From Amphiscolops sp. MND2022 (lineage: Eukaryota): a DNA stretch of 64,000 bases. Made by a program: the position numbers and the translations under genes. The notes under the pieces are model-generated. The model worked only from the letters and a program-made list of their open reading frames with translations. It had not been told where the DNA came from and did no database searches. The stretch covers positions 67,146,001 through 67,210,000 of the forward strand of contig OZ076410.1 of NCBI GenBank assembly GCA_964187785.1, read 5' to 3'. Of the stretch, positions 62,430 to 64,000 are shown piece after piece (positions within the stretch are counted from its first letter, which is position 1; the number at the start of each line of letters is the position of its first letter).

Positions 62430-63230
62430 GGTTTTGTGTATTGGAATTAAGCGAGCTATTGATGTATGAGTTTTATCACTATTGTTTAAAGCCATATTGG
62501 CAAGATAAAACAAAGTCACACTACATGGACATCGATTGTTTCGTGCAAAGTTTTAAAACAGACCATAAAAAAGTAGTAGATTTGTTGAAACAAAATAAAG
62601 ATGATTTTGATTTTAGTGAATTAGATGCAAAACACGTATTGTACGGTCCTAGTAAAAAAAATTATTGGCAAAATGAAAAAGGAATCTAATCCAGTTTTGA
62701 TGTTAGATAGTTTCATAGCATTGCGATCAAAGTCATATTTGTATTCGTATGCAAACCAGAATGGTGTTTCAATTGGAATTTTACAAAAAGCAAAATCAAA
62801 AGGAGTCGTCATCATACGACACTCTAAGAAGACTACAAACAGTGTTTATTTAATTCTGAAACAAAACATTCCACAAACAATTCAATTAGAATGAGTTTAC
62901 CTTTATTATCTGTCGAGAAACAAAACAAATTTGGCTTTGAATCTTTTTGACAACAAGCGTATGTACCTAAGTAGAGTCAAAAGTCTCCCATGGGATAAAC
63001 ACACACAACCAAGAAAGTGTGGATGTATTATATTGTATAAAATTTGTATTATATTGTTGTTGTATTATAAAGAAATTTGTGATGGAAAAACAGATGAAGA
63101 AATTGTTTTATCTGTGTGGTATTTAAAACAAACCTTAACCCACCAACAACTTTTAAAGTTGATAAGTGATCGGGCAGAGTTTTTAACTAGAAGAAAGTAT
63201 AATCTGATCGGAATTTTTGCGAACTTATAA
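62430..63230 (+). pseudogene. Protein-primed family B DNA polymerase (Polinton-type), C-terminal fragment
   Basis: LELSELLMYEFY, HYMDIDCF (degenerate YxDTDS), IGKMKKE..FIALRSKSY..KAKSKGV, ALNLFDNKR; frameshifted. Confidence 0.85.
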
Positions 63231-63309
63231 GCGGATTGTGTAGGTTAGTTTGGGAATGGAGTAAAAAAAGTTTTCAATTTTATGGTATGCTTGGTGGTAG
63301 TTGTCACAG

Positions 63310-63503
63310 GCTACGTGGAATCAGGTCTAATGAAACAGATCCAAGAGAGGGGGCAAAACTGAGATCTAAAAAATTGATCTAAATAGTCAGGTATAAAACT
63401 CTCTTCTAATTTGATCTATTTTGAGAGCAAAAATAACAGAATGTGGCGAGAGAGTTTTACCCCCTCTCTTAGATCTGTTTCATTAGACCTGATTCCACGT
63501 AGC
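63310..63503. mobile_element. Small MITE with about 43-bp TIRs
   Basis: gctacgtggaatcaggtctaatgaaacagatccaagagagggg / cccctctcttagatctgtttcattagacctgattccacgtagc; no clear TSD. Confidence 0.65.
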
Positions 63504-63537
63504 TTCTCGGATATGTCCCCATTTCCTCTACTGCCCC

Positions 63538-63834
63538 GCGGCCCCTTGGGGCCGCTTATATTTCCATCTTGCTAAACGAGGTCGAACAGGAGCAAAGACC
63601 TAGCGGGAACGGAGATCGCGAAGCGATCGTAGTGGGAGCTGGTCTTTGCGACGGTGAGGGCGAGTGTGCATACATCGCATATGCCCCACATTATATTTTC
63701 GCTTTCAGAACACATATTAGATCATAAGGTGGTTTGACCTAAGTATTTTAGACAAAATTAGATCTGAAAGTTAGAACTAACAGTTAGATCTAATTCCATT
63801 AGACCCAAGCAATTAGATCAAAAGCGTACACCCC
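63538..63834. repeat. Right half of the foldback element, paralog of 39903-40198
   Basis: Same hairpin centre (gcggccccttggggccgc), right arm and TTAGATC-rich tail, in the same orientation. Confidence 0.85.
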
Positions 63835-64000
63835 GTTGTCACAATCGTAATCACCTTCTACTCCATCATTGGGATTTTTTTCTTACCCTCTTTTACAAAC
63901 ATCATCACTAACTCGATGTTAATTAGGTGAGGAGTTGTCATGTAGATGTGAATCAATTTTATTTCTAGCTTCAAATGAACGTATTATGTGTGTTGGTGTT

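Noticed and set aside
39746-63834. Foldback/TTAGATC repeats as terminal inverted repeats of one large Polinton
   Set aside because: The two copies are in direct, not inverted, orientation and lack a matching TSD.
1-64000. CRISPR arrays, tRNA/rRNA genes and hammerhead ribozymes
   Set aside because: No spacer-repeat arrays or cloverleafs seen. The CTGATGA cores I checked (e.g. about 6281, 26723, 51263) lack the stem-II/GAAA context. A covariance-model scan was not run.

Overview
Repeat-dense window from an intron-containing animal genome; I see no CRISPR, rRNA or tRNA genes. Only two host genes are supported, both on the minus strand: a 7-exon NAD-dependent glycerol-3-phosphate dehydrogenase (GPD1-like, 13876-20423, 354 aa) and a TIMM29/Tim29 ortholog (38829-39389). 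The rest is nested mobile DNA. LTR elements: a full-length Ty3/Gypsy element with apparently identical 267-bp LTRs and a 5-bp TSD (7780-13157); a second Gypsy family with Gag starting inside the LTR and an antisense accessory ORF (1-2205, 50393-54426, possibly 61100-62380); and a rearranged BEL/Pao array (21808-37950). LINEs: a nearly intact CR1-group element (33928-37929) and a decayed LINE with PHD finger plus zinc knuckle in ORF1 (55900-60310). Viral/DNA elements: a decayed Polinton/adintovirus segment (packaging ATPase, penton, integrase, adenain, pPolB) containing a 3 x 1954-bp tandem amplification; two Helentron-type (DINE-1/HINE-like) non-autonomous families; and Mutator-like, Merlin-like and foldback MITEs. 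All calls come from manual reading and recalled family motifs; no database search was run.
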